Below the pieces are notes generated by a model that did not search any database, was not told the DNA's origin, and saw nothing but the letters and a program-made list of their open reading frames with translations. The position numbers were made by a program, and so were the translations under genes. Below, piece after piece: positions 1-11,751 of a stretch of DNA of 64,000 bases; the stretch's first letter is position 1; each line of letters begins with the position of its first letter. Origin of the DNA: Curvularia clavata (Eukaryota); the NCBI GenBank assembly GCA_023920165.1, contig CP089278.1, forward strand, positions 3,224,001 through 3,288,000, written 5' to 3'.

Positions 1-1590
1 CAGGAAAGGCAAATGTGATAAGCTGAAGGATCAGGCCTGTGCCGATAAATGCGCTAAATGCTGTTGAGGATCCGAGGTAGATACATCCGATAATAAATAT
101 TACAAATCCATTTGCGCAGAGAGCCCATACGGGAGTCTGCCATCGCACGTTTATGCGCGAGAGCTTCGAGGAGGCAACTAGGCCAGAGTCCAGGGCGAAT
201 GACCAAGTCAGACGCGAGGCGGTCTGCTGACAGCCTGCGGTAGCCAAAAGTCCAGCTACCAATGTGAAGACCAAGAGAGCGGTTGCTGCAGCCTCAGAGT
301 TCATTGCTTGGCGCCAAAGTTCGAAAATAGGGAAGCTGCTCAAAAGTCAGCACAATTCTGTTTGTTCAGTTGGGTTGATGTAACGCATTACCCAGTCTTC
401 GTTGTCGCAACCGCGTTAAAGTCTTGGACAGAATACATGCAAGCAACCGCTGCTATGAACGATGTAACAAATCCAATAGCCCAGGTCGACAAAAGAGCTT
501 TGGTAACAGCTTCTCGAGCGTTGAGGGCTTCCTCTGCTAGGTGGATTGCTCCATCTATGCCCGCATACATATAACCAGGGGTAAGAAGCCCGATCAAAAA
601 TACAATTCCTTTATTGTTCCAGCCGCTCAGATCGACGAATGTAACCCAGACGGCTTTGCTCGACTGGAAATGGGGGGCTCGCGCTAGACTAGTGGTTGTG
701 GCAGCTATAAAGGCGACGAGCGATAACGCAACTGTAACGCGCGTAGAGTTAGTGTCATGGTCAACTCATCCACTATATCCAAAATACTTGCAGATAAGTT
801 CGAATAGCCACATTGTCCGTCGAATGGTGAAAACGTTGTGCAGCAGGCACAATATGCTTACTACCTGGTAGATTATAAACACGTGCCACCGTTGGAGCTC
901 GTAAGAGGGGTTGTAGTTGATGACTAGAGCTAGTAGTGCTTGTGGGACGATAATGGCCACGCCGGAAGAGAGCGCTGCCCAGGCAAATATGTTGATCATA
1001 CCGCATGTGTAGCTCTACAGTAGACCATTTCAGTGTCCGAATCAAAACCCAGAATATTGTCAGAGTTTGCTTACTGTGAGACGGGCGCACCACTTCGGGG
1101 CCACGACCGCTGTCCAATGGTATCTGCAGCATGTCGTTTCAGTGCTGTATCTGACCCAAAGACCCGAGAAGACAACTTACTGTCCGCCTGCTGAAGGATA
1201 AACACGGCACAACTCTGCCAACGTGTATACAACGCAGCCATACATGATAAAGATGAACCAGAGTCCATAGAGAAGACCTGGTGAGCCGCCATTTGAAAGG
1301 CTGAATGCGAGTGTTGCCATAACGCCCACCCAACTGTTGCAAATGCTCCAGCCCACAGATACGATATCGAGGGTGCTGATATCACGCGAGGCTTCAGAGA
1401 CATAGCCTTCCTGAAACGACTCTACTTTCGTCCGTCTGCCTGTCGCGATATTGCGATTAGCGATCGACTACTGTCCATTTGCACTAGGTTACGTACCGGA
1501 GATGGATTTAGACTGCGTCAGTCCATCTAATGCCTTGTCCTCAATGACAGACATCTGTGCTCTTTCATAGTCGTTCTCACCGTTGGTCAT
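1..1590 (-). CDS. APC-superfamily amino acid/amine permease (choline/GABA permease, Hnm1/Uga4-like), multi-exon, runs off the left window edge
   Basis: Hydrophobic exons including GLLTPGYMYAGIDGAIHLAEE and INIFAWAALSSGVAIIVPQALLALV...LQRWHVFIIYQ, typical of fungal ACT-family permeases. ATG at 1590 (MTNGENDYE...). Divergent from the flavin amine oxidase. Confidence 0.85.
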
Positions 1591-2085
1591 ATTGAATGAT
1601 CCGAACAACTCTGGAAACTGTCGATTTGCAGTGAATAGGCACCAGGATCGCCTTTGACTGAGGGAAAATCCATAGAAGCCGTCAGCATGTGGACAGAGTT
1701 GTATAAGAGCATACCGTATCACTATCAACTAGGCCCCTCAGCTGTGACTTATCGCACCATCACCATCAGCATGCCGTCCTATCCTATCGGATCCACTCGG
1801 TGCGACTATCACTGCTCCGCATTTTGTGGATCTGGGGAAATATGGGGACGACAACAGGTGATGGTGCACGGGCCCCGGAACCAATTACCGCATTTGGATT
1901 TCGCAGTGGACTGGTGGCGCTACCGATTCATGGATCTCAAGTCATGAGATGGTCTGTGCCTAATGCGGCTCGCATTACCCTCTTGGTCGCATGGGCAATG
2001 CTCACACGCCAATATAACTCGAGACAGATGGCTTCGCCATGACCATAAGCATCTCAATCATTGAATATCGCTCTTGATTGTAAAC

Positions 2086-3772
2086 ATGGCGCACACAAAA
2101 GAAGGCCACAAGTACGACTGGTCAGGGATATCGAAATGTCTGAGAACCGATGCTGTTGTGTCAAGCACACCAAACCCAAGGTAAATGACTTTTGTGAACA
2201 GGTCACTCTCTGTCAGCACTGATTTGGTGGAAGATGATGTTGAGGCGTGCCTCATGCAGTGCCAATCGCTGACCGCTTCTATAGGAACAAGTACGATGTC
2301 ATCGTGATTGGGAGTGGATTCTGTGGACTTGTTGCAGCTCGTAACCTGTCTTTAGATCGTGACGTAAGAGTCCTGCTTCTAGAGGCTCGCGATCGCATTG
2401 GGGGTCGCACATGGACAGCGAAAGCGTGGGGAGAAGACCTTGAGATGGGAGGCACATACGTACATTGGTAGTTACACATGGTGTAGAAGATGGTGTGACG
2501 CTAAGCTGACAGATCTTGCTAGGCATCAACCCCATTTCTATGCTGAACTATATCGACACGGTCTGGAGAGGCACCTCAAGCCCTCAGCTGGAACGACAGA
2601 CATGGAATACGTATTAAACAAACCTAAAGAATCAAGCGTGCAAAGGATAGACAACGTGACGGAATACAACGCAAGAATGGCGAATTTCGCTGATCAGTTC
2701 TTCAGCATTGACGGTATGACTCCACGCCAGCTGATGCCTTACCCACACGAACCTTTACGATCCCAACCATGGCAGAAATATGACCATCTGAGCTGTCAAG
2801 ACCGACTCAACCAGCTAGACTTACCGCAAGACGACAAGGATCTTTTCGTTCCCCATGTAAACTCCTTCGGCAGCTGTACTGCTCACGATCTAGCGTGGAC
2901 AGATGCATTGCGATGGTATGCTGCTGGTGGCTATAGTCTCGCGACCATGTATGATGCTGTTGGTTGCTTCAAACTTGGTGGCGGAGGCACGACAAATATG
3001 TGCCGCCATATACTAGCAGAGTATAAAGGTGATAGAGTCTTCAATAAGGTGGTCAATGCTATCAAGCAGACCAAAGACTCTAAGGTTATCGTTACCTGTA
3101 CGGATGGATCTGCTTACAGTGCGAGACGAGTTATTTGCACCATCCCACTCAACTGCTTAGCTGATGTTAAGTTTGAGCCACCGTTAACACCTTGGAAGGA
3201 AAACGCAGTTCGAGAAGGTCATATCAACTGTGGTGAGAAATACATATTCTCATTAGATGAGGTGCAAGGCAATTGGTTCGCGAACACTTGCGATTCTAAA
3301 GATAGTGGTTTTCTTTTTGGAATCAAGGATCATGATGGTATGTATAGTCTCTAGCGCGACCTAAATCGCTTTGTGACTAATAAGAGCAGGGACACAATCA
3401 GCGAACCAAGCGGGCACATACGTCTTGATGTTTGGCCAGAATGGAAAGCTTCAAGACCCCACAAATAGTGATGAGATTATTACTCAATTCAGAAAGCTTC
3501 AGCCTTGTGGGAACGTGCGGGGATATGTGTCTCACACATGGTCTAAAGATCCGTATGCCAAAGGCGCATGGTTTGCAGCTGCCCCTGGCTGGGCCACCAA
3601 AAACCTGAAGGCACTTCAGGAGCCCCATGGCCGTGTTTTCATGGCTAGCGCAGACTGGGCACAAGGCTGGAGAGGCTTCATTGATGGCGCCATTGAACAA
3701 GGTACCAGGGCAGCAGCGATCACAAAGTTCGCACTCGAACAGGAAAATGGGAACTTAGATGCTAAGCTCTAG
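2086..3772 (+). CDS. Flavin-containing monoamine oxidase (MAO-N-like), C-terminal PTS1 -AKL
   Basis: ATG 2086 ([12 protein letters not shown]). FAD-binding [12 protein letters not shown]...[14 protein letters not shown]...[10 protein letters not shown]-terminal [20 protein letters not shown]; ends LDAKL*. Three GT-AG introns inferred. Confidence 0.92.
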
Positions 3773-4423
3773 ACCGGAAGTCACCCAAGATATCGAGATC
3801 CTTTGGACACTAGTATATAGGCATTGATTTGTTCCTCAACGACTTTTCATAATCTCTCCGCACTATTCACAATGAAATAAGAAGAGAAGTTCCATCAGCA
3901 ATCAATTCATTTATTAATCAATCGTTGCCACAACTAGAGTGCTCACGCAGATTATGTGTTCACAGTATTCGCCCCATCGGACCTCACCACTGCAATTTTG
4001 GCCTTGTGGGGTGCAAAGCGACAATCTAATTCATTGCAATCCAAAACACTCCATAATCAGTGATGCGTGTTCCCTAGATCTCTCCAATCTTATCAGGAGA
4101 ATGCTTATTCGGTGTGGACAACTCTCAGAGCACGAAGTGATGGCGCCTGATCTCGGTGTCACGAGGGCCCAATCGCTCTATCAAGCGCCTCTAAAGGAAG
4201 TAATCGGAACAGAAAATGACGCCATTACGTGGCAACACCGTTGCAACCGGCGTTGGCTCCCAAAACGAAAGTCTAATCTGCATGATCTGCGACGCCAACA
4301 CATAACGCCTTATCATCCAATCGGAATCATCATCTTCCCTACGGTCGGCCTGATCAGTGCATGAATGCTAACATCTTTTAAGAAAAATTAGGATAATGTA
4401 AGCTATTGAGGTTTTGAGACGTA

Positions 4424-7400
4424 ACGTAGTTTACAAGCGAGTCGGCCATACAAGCGAGTCGGCCACCCCACCAACTTATGCACCTCTACAGGCGTATAGC
4501 TCCACCATATTATAATGATATAAATATATATTAATATACTAGATTAAGTAGTATCTAGAGTATCTTTCTTACATATACGTGAGTTATGGCCAGTCTCTCT
4601 ACACCTACTACAGCGCGCTAGAGCCTGGCGGCTAACACCTGATCGCTCTCCACCCTGACGCTCCTTATAAGCAATCTGCTTATTGGCCTCACATTGAGTA
4701 AGTATATCCTCGCCAGCTCCCTTTGTAAGAACTCCACGCTTCTGTATCCACTTTTTCTTACACTTTCGACGCTCTGATATTGCTGTATTAGCTCTCTTAA
4801 GGCTAGCAATTCGATCGCGCATTAGCTCAGCCGAGAGTATCATCACCTCTACCCCCTTCTTAAGCTGGCTAATCGCTGCAATAATTGACGCTGGTGATGA
4901 GCTTTTATGCTGTCAAACGCGATTACTTATTAGCGTTGATTGAGCTTCAAGCTCGCGTAGGTTGCCTGGCGTATAGGCCTGCCAGAGAGCTTCTATGAGA
5001 GCAGCTGGAGGAGTAGGCGTACGCAGCTGTACGTCAAGCTTTGAGAGAACAGCTTCTAGCTGCAGAGAAATAAGACCTACGCCTTAGAAAGCTGAGCAGA
5101 TATTGGCTGACGTGAAGGATCTATCGAACGCTGCCTTAAACGCTGGTAGAAACTCAAGCTTGGTGATGTGGTTAATATGGTTGCGTATCAGACTCTCCAC
5201 CTCACAGCTATACGCGCGCTTTAGCGGCGAGAAACAGCCAACATCAAGAGGCTGAAGTAGATAAGACGAGTAGGGCGGCATACAGAGCGTATAGATATTG
5301 TTCTCCTTGCAGAGCTCTTAGAACTCAAGTGACTGGTGGCTCTCATAGCCATCAAGAATAAGTAGCCGGCGTGCCCCAACAACCTTGCTATCTGTATACT
5401 TAATAAAGTGCTTTAGCCACTCAACTCCTAGCTCGTTAGTCGTCCAGCCATTATCGCTAACTGCGATCGCCCAGTCGCGTGGGATATCTGCCTCCTCGTA
5501 CCAAACAGATAGGTGATACTTACCAGTAAAGATCAGAAACAGTGGGATAGACCAGCCAGCTGCGTTAATCCCAGCGATAAATGTCACCCACTCGCGACTA
5601 CCTGGCTGGACAGCCTTTGGCCGAGCTCTTCTTTCTGAAGCTGTAACGACAAGCTAAGTAGTAATCTTGCCCATTAAAAAGCCAGCTTCGTCAAAGTTAT
5701 AGACGTCCTCATCACAGATGCCGTACTTAGCCTTTATCTGCTCTACAAGCTCAAACCAGCTCTTGATTAAGACCGGATCTTCGCATAGGGCTCTCTACCT
5801 ATCGTACGCTCGATTAAAACGCGTCGTAAGACTGTCTGTACGCTTGACAAAGTTGCGCGGCCAATAGACGCCAACCTAGCCAGCGCCGCGCGCAGCCAGG
5901 AGTCTATCAGCCATATCGCGCACAGCTACGTAGGTAGGCGAAAATCCACGTAGATCGAGATCAAGTATATAGTTGATTATCACCTCCTTTTCTAGCTTGG
6001 TAAGCTTCTTTGAGTTGGGCTGGCAATCGCGTCGGGCAGGCTTGCCAGCGCGTCGGTTATTGAGTGTAGATTTTAGAACATTATATGCTGACGCAGCCTG
6101 TCTAGAGCTACTTAGCTGCTGGCTATGAAGAGAAGAAATAGCAAGAATAATATCAACTTCATTGCGAGATTGTAGAGTACGTAGTGGTGGAGCCATTATG
6201 GTGTATAGCTTTCAAAGTGCACAAAGTTGGTGGGGTGGCCGACTCGCTTGTATGGCCGACTCGCTTGTACTCGCCCCACGGAGCCTAGTTCTGCCGAACT
6301 AGGCCCTACCCAGCTCAACGTCAACCACCAGCTCAACGTCAATTTTGCTACCCCCCACCACTTCGACTCGATTTTTCTCTACAATAATATATCGCAGCGC
6401 TTTAGAACTTACGCGCAGATTAAAGAGCGTATTAAAATTGCTATTACTAAGTTAGATAGTAGTATCCACGTAAATATACGCGTAGTAGCAGACTATAATT
6501 ATATGCCCTACAGCAGGCTCTAAAAGCGCGTCTTAGGCCGCGCATTAAAAATAGAGCGCGCTATACCAAATCGAAGACTTAATTAATAATAGAAGGATGC
6601 TCCAAAAGCTTATATTACTCACTATAACGTATTATATATACCTCCTTTTATACTGTAGCTAATTTCTACCGCGCAGCGGATTCTTAATCTCGAGCACTTA
6701 GATGGCAAAGCACCACCTATAGGCAAAAACTAGATCTTACGATAGCTAGCGTATAATCTAGACTACCGCCGTAAGAAGCAGAAAAAGCAGGAAATAAAAC
6801 GCCTAGCGGCTAACACAGTAGAGGTCTACAAGAGGCACTTTGCTACTCTAAAGCGCGTAATTAATAAGTATACTATATAGCCTAGAGATCTATATAATAT
6901 AGATAAGATAGATATCTATATAGGCGTTAGAGGCCAGCAGTACGTTATAATAATGGCTAGCGATAATAATACTATACAGTTACCGTCTAATATAAATCGC
7001 GAGTCTGTTACAGTTATCAAGACTGTCGCTGCTAACGGCTTAGTTCTAGCACCATTCATTATTCTTAAAGATAAAGCATACCTCTTAAAATAGTACACTA
7101 ACACAAACTTACCTAACGACTATATAGTAGCTGTCTCAGAGATAGCGTACAATAACGACGAGCTCTCTCTTAAGTAGATTCAATACTTTAACGCCTATAG
7201 TCGTCGCCATCAAACAGATATCTAGAGGCTATTAATTTTTAATAGATTTAGATTCTATAGTATAAAGAAGCTGATTGATTTTTATAACAACAACAATATA
7301 GTACTTTTCTTACTCCTCTCCCATACCTCTCACAATCTGTAGCCTCTTAATATTAGTATTTTTCAAGCATATAAGAAGCACTACAGAGGCGTTGTTAAGA

Positions 7401-8217
7401 GAGCTGCTCGCGAGAGCTGCACTAATTTCAACAAGCTTAAGTTTCTATACGCAATTAATAGCGTTAGAAGATATATATTCAAATCTAGTACTATTTAAAA
7501 AGCCTTTAAATTAGTAGACGTCTAGCTATAGAATTCTAAAAGAGTATTATATAAGCTCGCGCGCCTATAGAGAGTATTAATATCTAAAAAAATAAGCTAT
7601 CTCTTTTAAGCCTCTAAGACGCCTACGCCTATAATTCTTCGCTCCTTTATTACGTACGCTTGTAAAACGCAAGAGCTCTATAATTATACTAAGAATATAC
7701 TAAGTAATTAGACTGTGTAACTTACTAGAGCGTTAGTTATACTAGGTTTAAACTACAATCTTGCGACTCGTAAGCTTGCTAAGACTATAGCTGCTACCCG
7801 CGAGAGGGCTCAGCGCTAGGATAACTCGCGATTAATAATTTAGAAAAGAGATATAGTTACAGCTAAAGATGCGCGGGAGGCTGTATCTTAAAAAGCTAAA
7901 ATCGCTAAGCAAAAGGCTATACGTAAGGCTGTAAGAGAGACAAGATAGCGCCTCCGAGATACCACCCAGCAGCCAACACCTGCCTCTGTAGAGGCCTCAA
8001 CACTAAGTCAACAGACACAAGTAATACGTTTTATACACTAAGAAACACCTTACACTTAGTAGCTATAGTAAATATATAATATTTCGTATATTTTTGCGGC
8101 CAATTTACAATACAAATCGCATAGGTTAGCAAAATTGACGTTGAGCTGGTGGTTGACGTTGAGCTGGGCAGGGCCTAGTTCGGCAGAACTAGGCTCCGTG
8201 GGGCGAGTAAACTACGT
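4424..8217 (-). mobile_element. pogo/Fot1-family DNA transposon, RIP-inactivated; one TIR interrupted by a second element
   Basis: TIR ACGTAGTTTACAAGCGAGTCGGCCATACAAGCGAGTCGGCCACCCCACC at 4424. The other TIR is split into ...GACTCGCTTGTA (to 6269) and AACTACGT (8210-8217). TA TSDs at 4422-23 and 8218-19. Transposase fragments (NGWTTNELG, LLQPLDVGCFSPLK, C-terminal CCHC) contain stop codons. Confidence 0.92.
6270..8207 (+). mobile_element. Second pogo-like DNA transposon (1938 bp), heavily RIPed, nested in the TIR of the previous element
   Basis: TIRs CTCGCCCCACGGAGCCTAGTTCTGCCGAACTAGGCCCT... and ...AGGGCCTAGTTCGGCAGAACTAGGCTCCGTGGGGCGAG, with TA duplicated at 6268-69 and 8208-09. TpA-rich interior retains degenerate DDE_1 motifs (SHNL*PLNISIFQAYKKHY). 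Confidence 0.9.
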
Positions 8218-8575
8218 TATTGTGTTCTGTTCTTGGCTATCTTGCTAAAGAGATATTCAAGGATAGCATAGTTCGTCGTTGAACAACCACGTAACTGCAC
8301 ATGGTGTCCTGGGTTTACAGATAAAGCGCACCATTTTATATGGCACACTGGTTGGACGGCGACGCTGCAGAATCGGGGAATCGGCAGAAGAAGTCTCATG
8401 TTACCATATTGGGAAAATTTAGCCAGCAGATACCGCACTTGGTCTAGGGCCTCCCCATCACGAGATGAAGGTCACCTTGTGAACTTAAAGCACACTACAT
8501 CTGCATATGCATAGCCATAGATCTATATTCAAACGAGATAGCAAATCTTATACTAGAGCCACAACAGTCACAAAG

Positions 8576-9057
8576 ATGCCAGTCGAATACAAATCTGCCG
8601 CTGAGAGATACAAGCTCACCGATCAAGTCAACAAATACGTTTTCTTCGGTCAGTCCGCTTATCTTTTGAGAAATTACTGAAAATTAATACCAATCGTTGC
8701 ATTTCCAGATGACATCTTCAGTTCGAGGGGAGAAAACACCCAAAACCCATTAGCTGGAATATGGTTTCGTATAGAGAAAGGGGGCCCGCCAGTTGGTCCT
8801 GGAATTCATACCTATGATGAGAGTGGGGTTGTCTACGAAGGTACACGAGCAATCTTTTAAGATTTTCAAATATTCGTGGTTGCTGCAGAATCTGACTCTT
8901 TCAAGGCACGGTTACTATGAGCGATGAGACTGGGGCCGAGAGAAAATTGGGCCCTGGAGAGAGCTTTTTTATTCACCGCGGCAGCAAAGTTCTATTCTCT
9001 TCCGATGACTTTGGGGTATGCTACAAGTGTGCGGCACGGCCGAAGGGAAAATTGTGA
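8576..9057 (+). CDS. EutQ-like small cupin (ethanolamine-utilisation EutQ family), 3 exons, about 119 aa, ends -GKL
   Basis: Absent from the ORF track. Exons 8576-8648, 8709-8840 and 8906-9057 with GT-AG introns splice in frame: MPVEYKSAAERYKLTDQVNKYVFFDDIFSSRGENTQNPLAGIWFRIEKGGPPVGPGIHTYDESGVVYEGTVTMSDETGAERKLGPGESFFIHRGSKVLFSSDDFGVCYKCAARPKGKL. The TYDE..VYEG..SDETG...PG..FFI..GS pattern matches fungal EutQ-like cupins. Confidence 0.82.
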
Positions 9058-9522
9058 TCACCGAAGTAGCCGTGATTGCGAGTCGTGACATGTATTTTTA
9101 GCCCTATCTTCAAGCTGCGGTCTTTCTCCTAGCAATCAAGTGTCCTGCCTCTCACTACTTTAATCTTGAATTATTACCAATACTTGTCATTACTTTACAC
9201 TATCTGTCCCTAGCATTCGCATTGGCCAAGTTGCGAGCTGCTATGGCACTATCTTGTATGAACGTCGTGGCTAAGCAGGCGTTCTAACTCGTTCTGCAGT
9301 ATGAACAAATCGATTGCAAGAATTAAATAGGCCAACTTACTTGGCAAGTATTATTTTTCTACAACAATATATAGTCCACTACGACATGGACTTCCTTCAA
9401 GTATGGTGTCATGGAAGACAGACAACAGCAGCGCGAGTACAGGCATCATTTTCATACCTAAACAATCCACCCTTATCTCAGAATTTCATTATTGCAACTG
9501 TAGAGACCCATCTTTTGTCGTG

Positions 9523-11222
9523 CTACAAACGTGGTACCACAATTTTGACTGCCTTGACTGTTGTCCAATCTTCCAAAGCTTCCAAACCGCCATCTCTGCC
9601 GAAACCGCTCTGTTTGTGTCCTGTTTTACCGAAATCAGCATAGTTCCAGCCCTAGCAATGCAAAAATCTTTGCATCTAAGTGACAAGCTAACATACCTCC
9701 AAACGGCATATTAGCAGCCAACATGCCCCACGCATTGATGGTAACCTGGCCGCTCTCGAGGCGGTCCGCAACTCTATGCGCACGGGCAAGATCCTTCGTA
9801 AAAATGGCAGCAGACAAGCCGTACTCAGAGTTATTGGCTTTGTGGATGATTTCTTCTTCGTCATGAAATTTGGCGATGGACTGTAGATGGAAATGTAAGG
9901 GTCAGCGCACTTTGTACAAGTCTCTTAGGGCCTCAAAAGAAAGGTACTCACCGCCACTGGTCCGAAGATCTCTTCTCTCATAATAGCCGAGTCTTCAGGC
10001 ACATCGAAAAATGCTGTGTTTTCAATGGCATTGCTATCTCCGATTCGCCTCCCTCCATGCAACAATGGCGTACCGTTCGCCTTCGCGTTTTCGATATATT
10101 TTGAGACCTTTTCCCGCTGCTGATCGCTAATGAGAGTTCCTTTGTTGGTTCCCGGTTCCATGGGATTACCAAGCGCAGCATTCTTGCATCGATCAGAAAA
10201 GGCCTTCAGAAACCTTTCGTAGACGGTGTCTTGCACGTAAATTCGGGAGCCGGCGGCGCATATTTCTCCTTCGCCTGTAGTTATTCCAATCACAGCCCAT
10301 GTCACTGCCTCATCGAAATCAGCATCGTCGAATATGATCGTTGGGCTCTTTCCTCCGAGCTCGAGAGACACTTTTTTAAGGTTGCTCTCGGCTGAGGCTT
10401 TCAAGATGGCACGTCCAGTAAGGGTAGAGCCAGTGAAGGCAATCTTGCGAACTTTCATATGGTGGGCCAAAGCAGAACCGGCCGTGGAGCCAAGACCTGG
10501 TATGATGTTGATAACACCGGGTGGAAACCCAGCTTCGGCAACCAGCTTGGCCAGATGCAAAGCCGATAGGGGTGCAAGCTCAGGCGGCTTGATGATTAGC
10601 GTATTCCCGGCCGCTATGCAAGGAGCAATTTTCCAGCAAGTGAGCATCCTACAATCATCAATGTCTCTTATCATCTTGGAAAACACTGCGCATCAACTCA
10701 CAGGGGCGTGTTCCAAGGCACAATGGCCGCAGTAACCCCGTAGGGTTCTCGGCGTGTGTATGAGAAGCCCGCTCTCTCTAGCCCTTGATTCCAATCGACA
10801 CTTCTTCCGTCCATTTTATCAGCCCAGCCAGCGAAATATCTAATCCATTCGCAAGCCATTGGCCCCAGCTGACCACTTGTTGTCGCGAGTAGCGCGCCGA
10901 CATCGTTGCTTTCGAGGATGGCGAAGATTTCGAGATCGCGTTCGACTAGGTCAGCAAGCTTCAGTAGAAGATGCCTTCGCTTCGCTGCTGCAGTTTGCTT
11001 CCATATACCCTGGTATGCGCGATAGGATGATACTACTGCAGCGTCAACATCTTTCGCTGTAGCTCCCGAGATGACACCGATGGTTTGCCTGGAATATGCA
11101 TTCTTGATATCGATTGTATGTCCTTCGAGGGATGTAACGAATGTATTATCAATGAAAAGACCCGTAGGCACTGAGACTTGTTTGCCCTCTGGACCTTGGA
11201 TACTTAATGTTGATACCGCCAT
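9523..11222 (-). CDS. Aldehyde dehydrogenase (ALDH superfamily), 4 exons, ends -PRL
   Basis: Motifs IVPWNTPL, WKIAPCIAAGNTLIIKP, FTGST, catalytic LELGGKSP, GEICAAGSR, EEIFGPV and PFGG|HKQSGFGRDGG. Last exon ends ...VKAVKIVVPRL* at 9523. Confidence 0.93.
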
Positions 11223-11751
11223 GTCGATACAATTCTTGTGTAGCTCTTCTCGACTCGTGAATTACGCCGCGTGAATAGAGATTCGAATATTATATCTGTT
11301 TCATTTGTCTAATATGCTCATGTCGCACCGCACAGTTAAGCCTACACAATCGTGGGGTAGGTTCTGACTAAAATTGCCTAAACGGGAATGGCTAGGCTAT
11401 ATGTGCCTGAAGTAGCTTGGTCCGCGCTCGATCGGTGCAAGTCCAGGATACTAGTGCATGCTGCATGACAGGGCTGAAGCAATCAGGCCCAGTCATCGCA
11501 GCTCCTCTTATGCACCGTGTGTAAATTTTCTTCCAGACTCAGCGGGAGTGCCATGCGCGATTCGTCTTGATGTGCAGCTAGTTCCAGAGCGGTGGTAGGG
11601 CGATCCGGGAGAGCTAGCTTTACATAAGAGGATAGATGAGACGCTTGCTCTGAACTTGCCTTGTCTTGCTGGATTCCGCTTCATTGTTCTTTTCTGTTCA
11701 TCTTTGAGGAAATATAAGAGGATTAATTCGATCAACCACAACGCACGCACG

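Noticed and set aside
3939..4364. 141-aa ORF downstream of the MAO
   Set aside because: GTG start, no motif and no codon bias; likely spurious.
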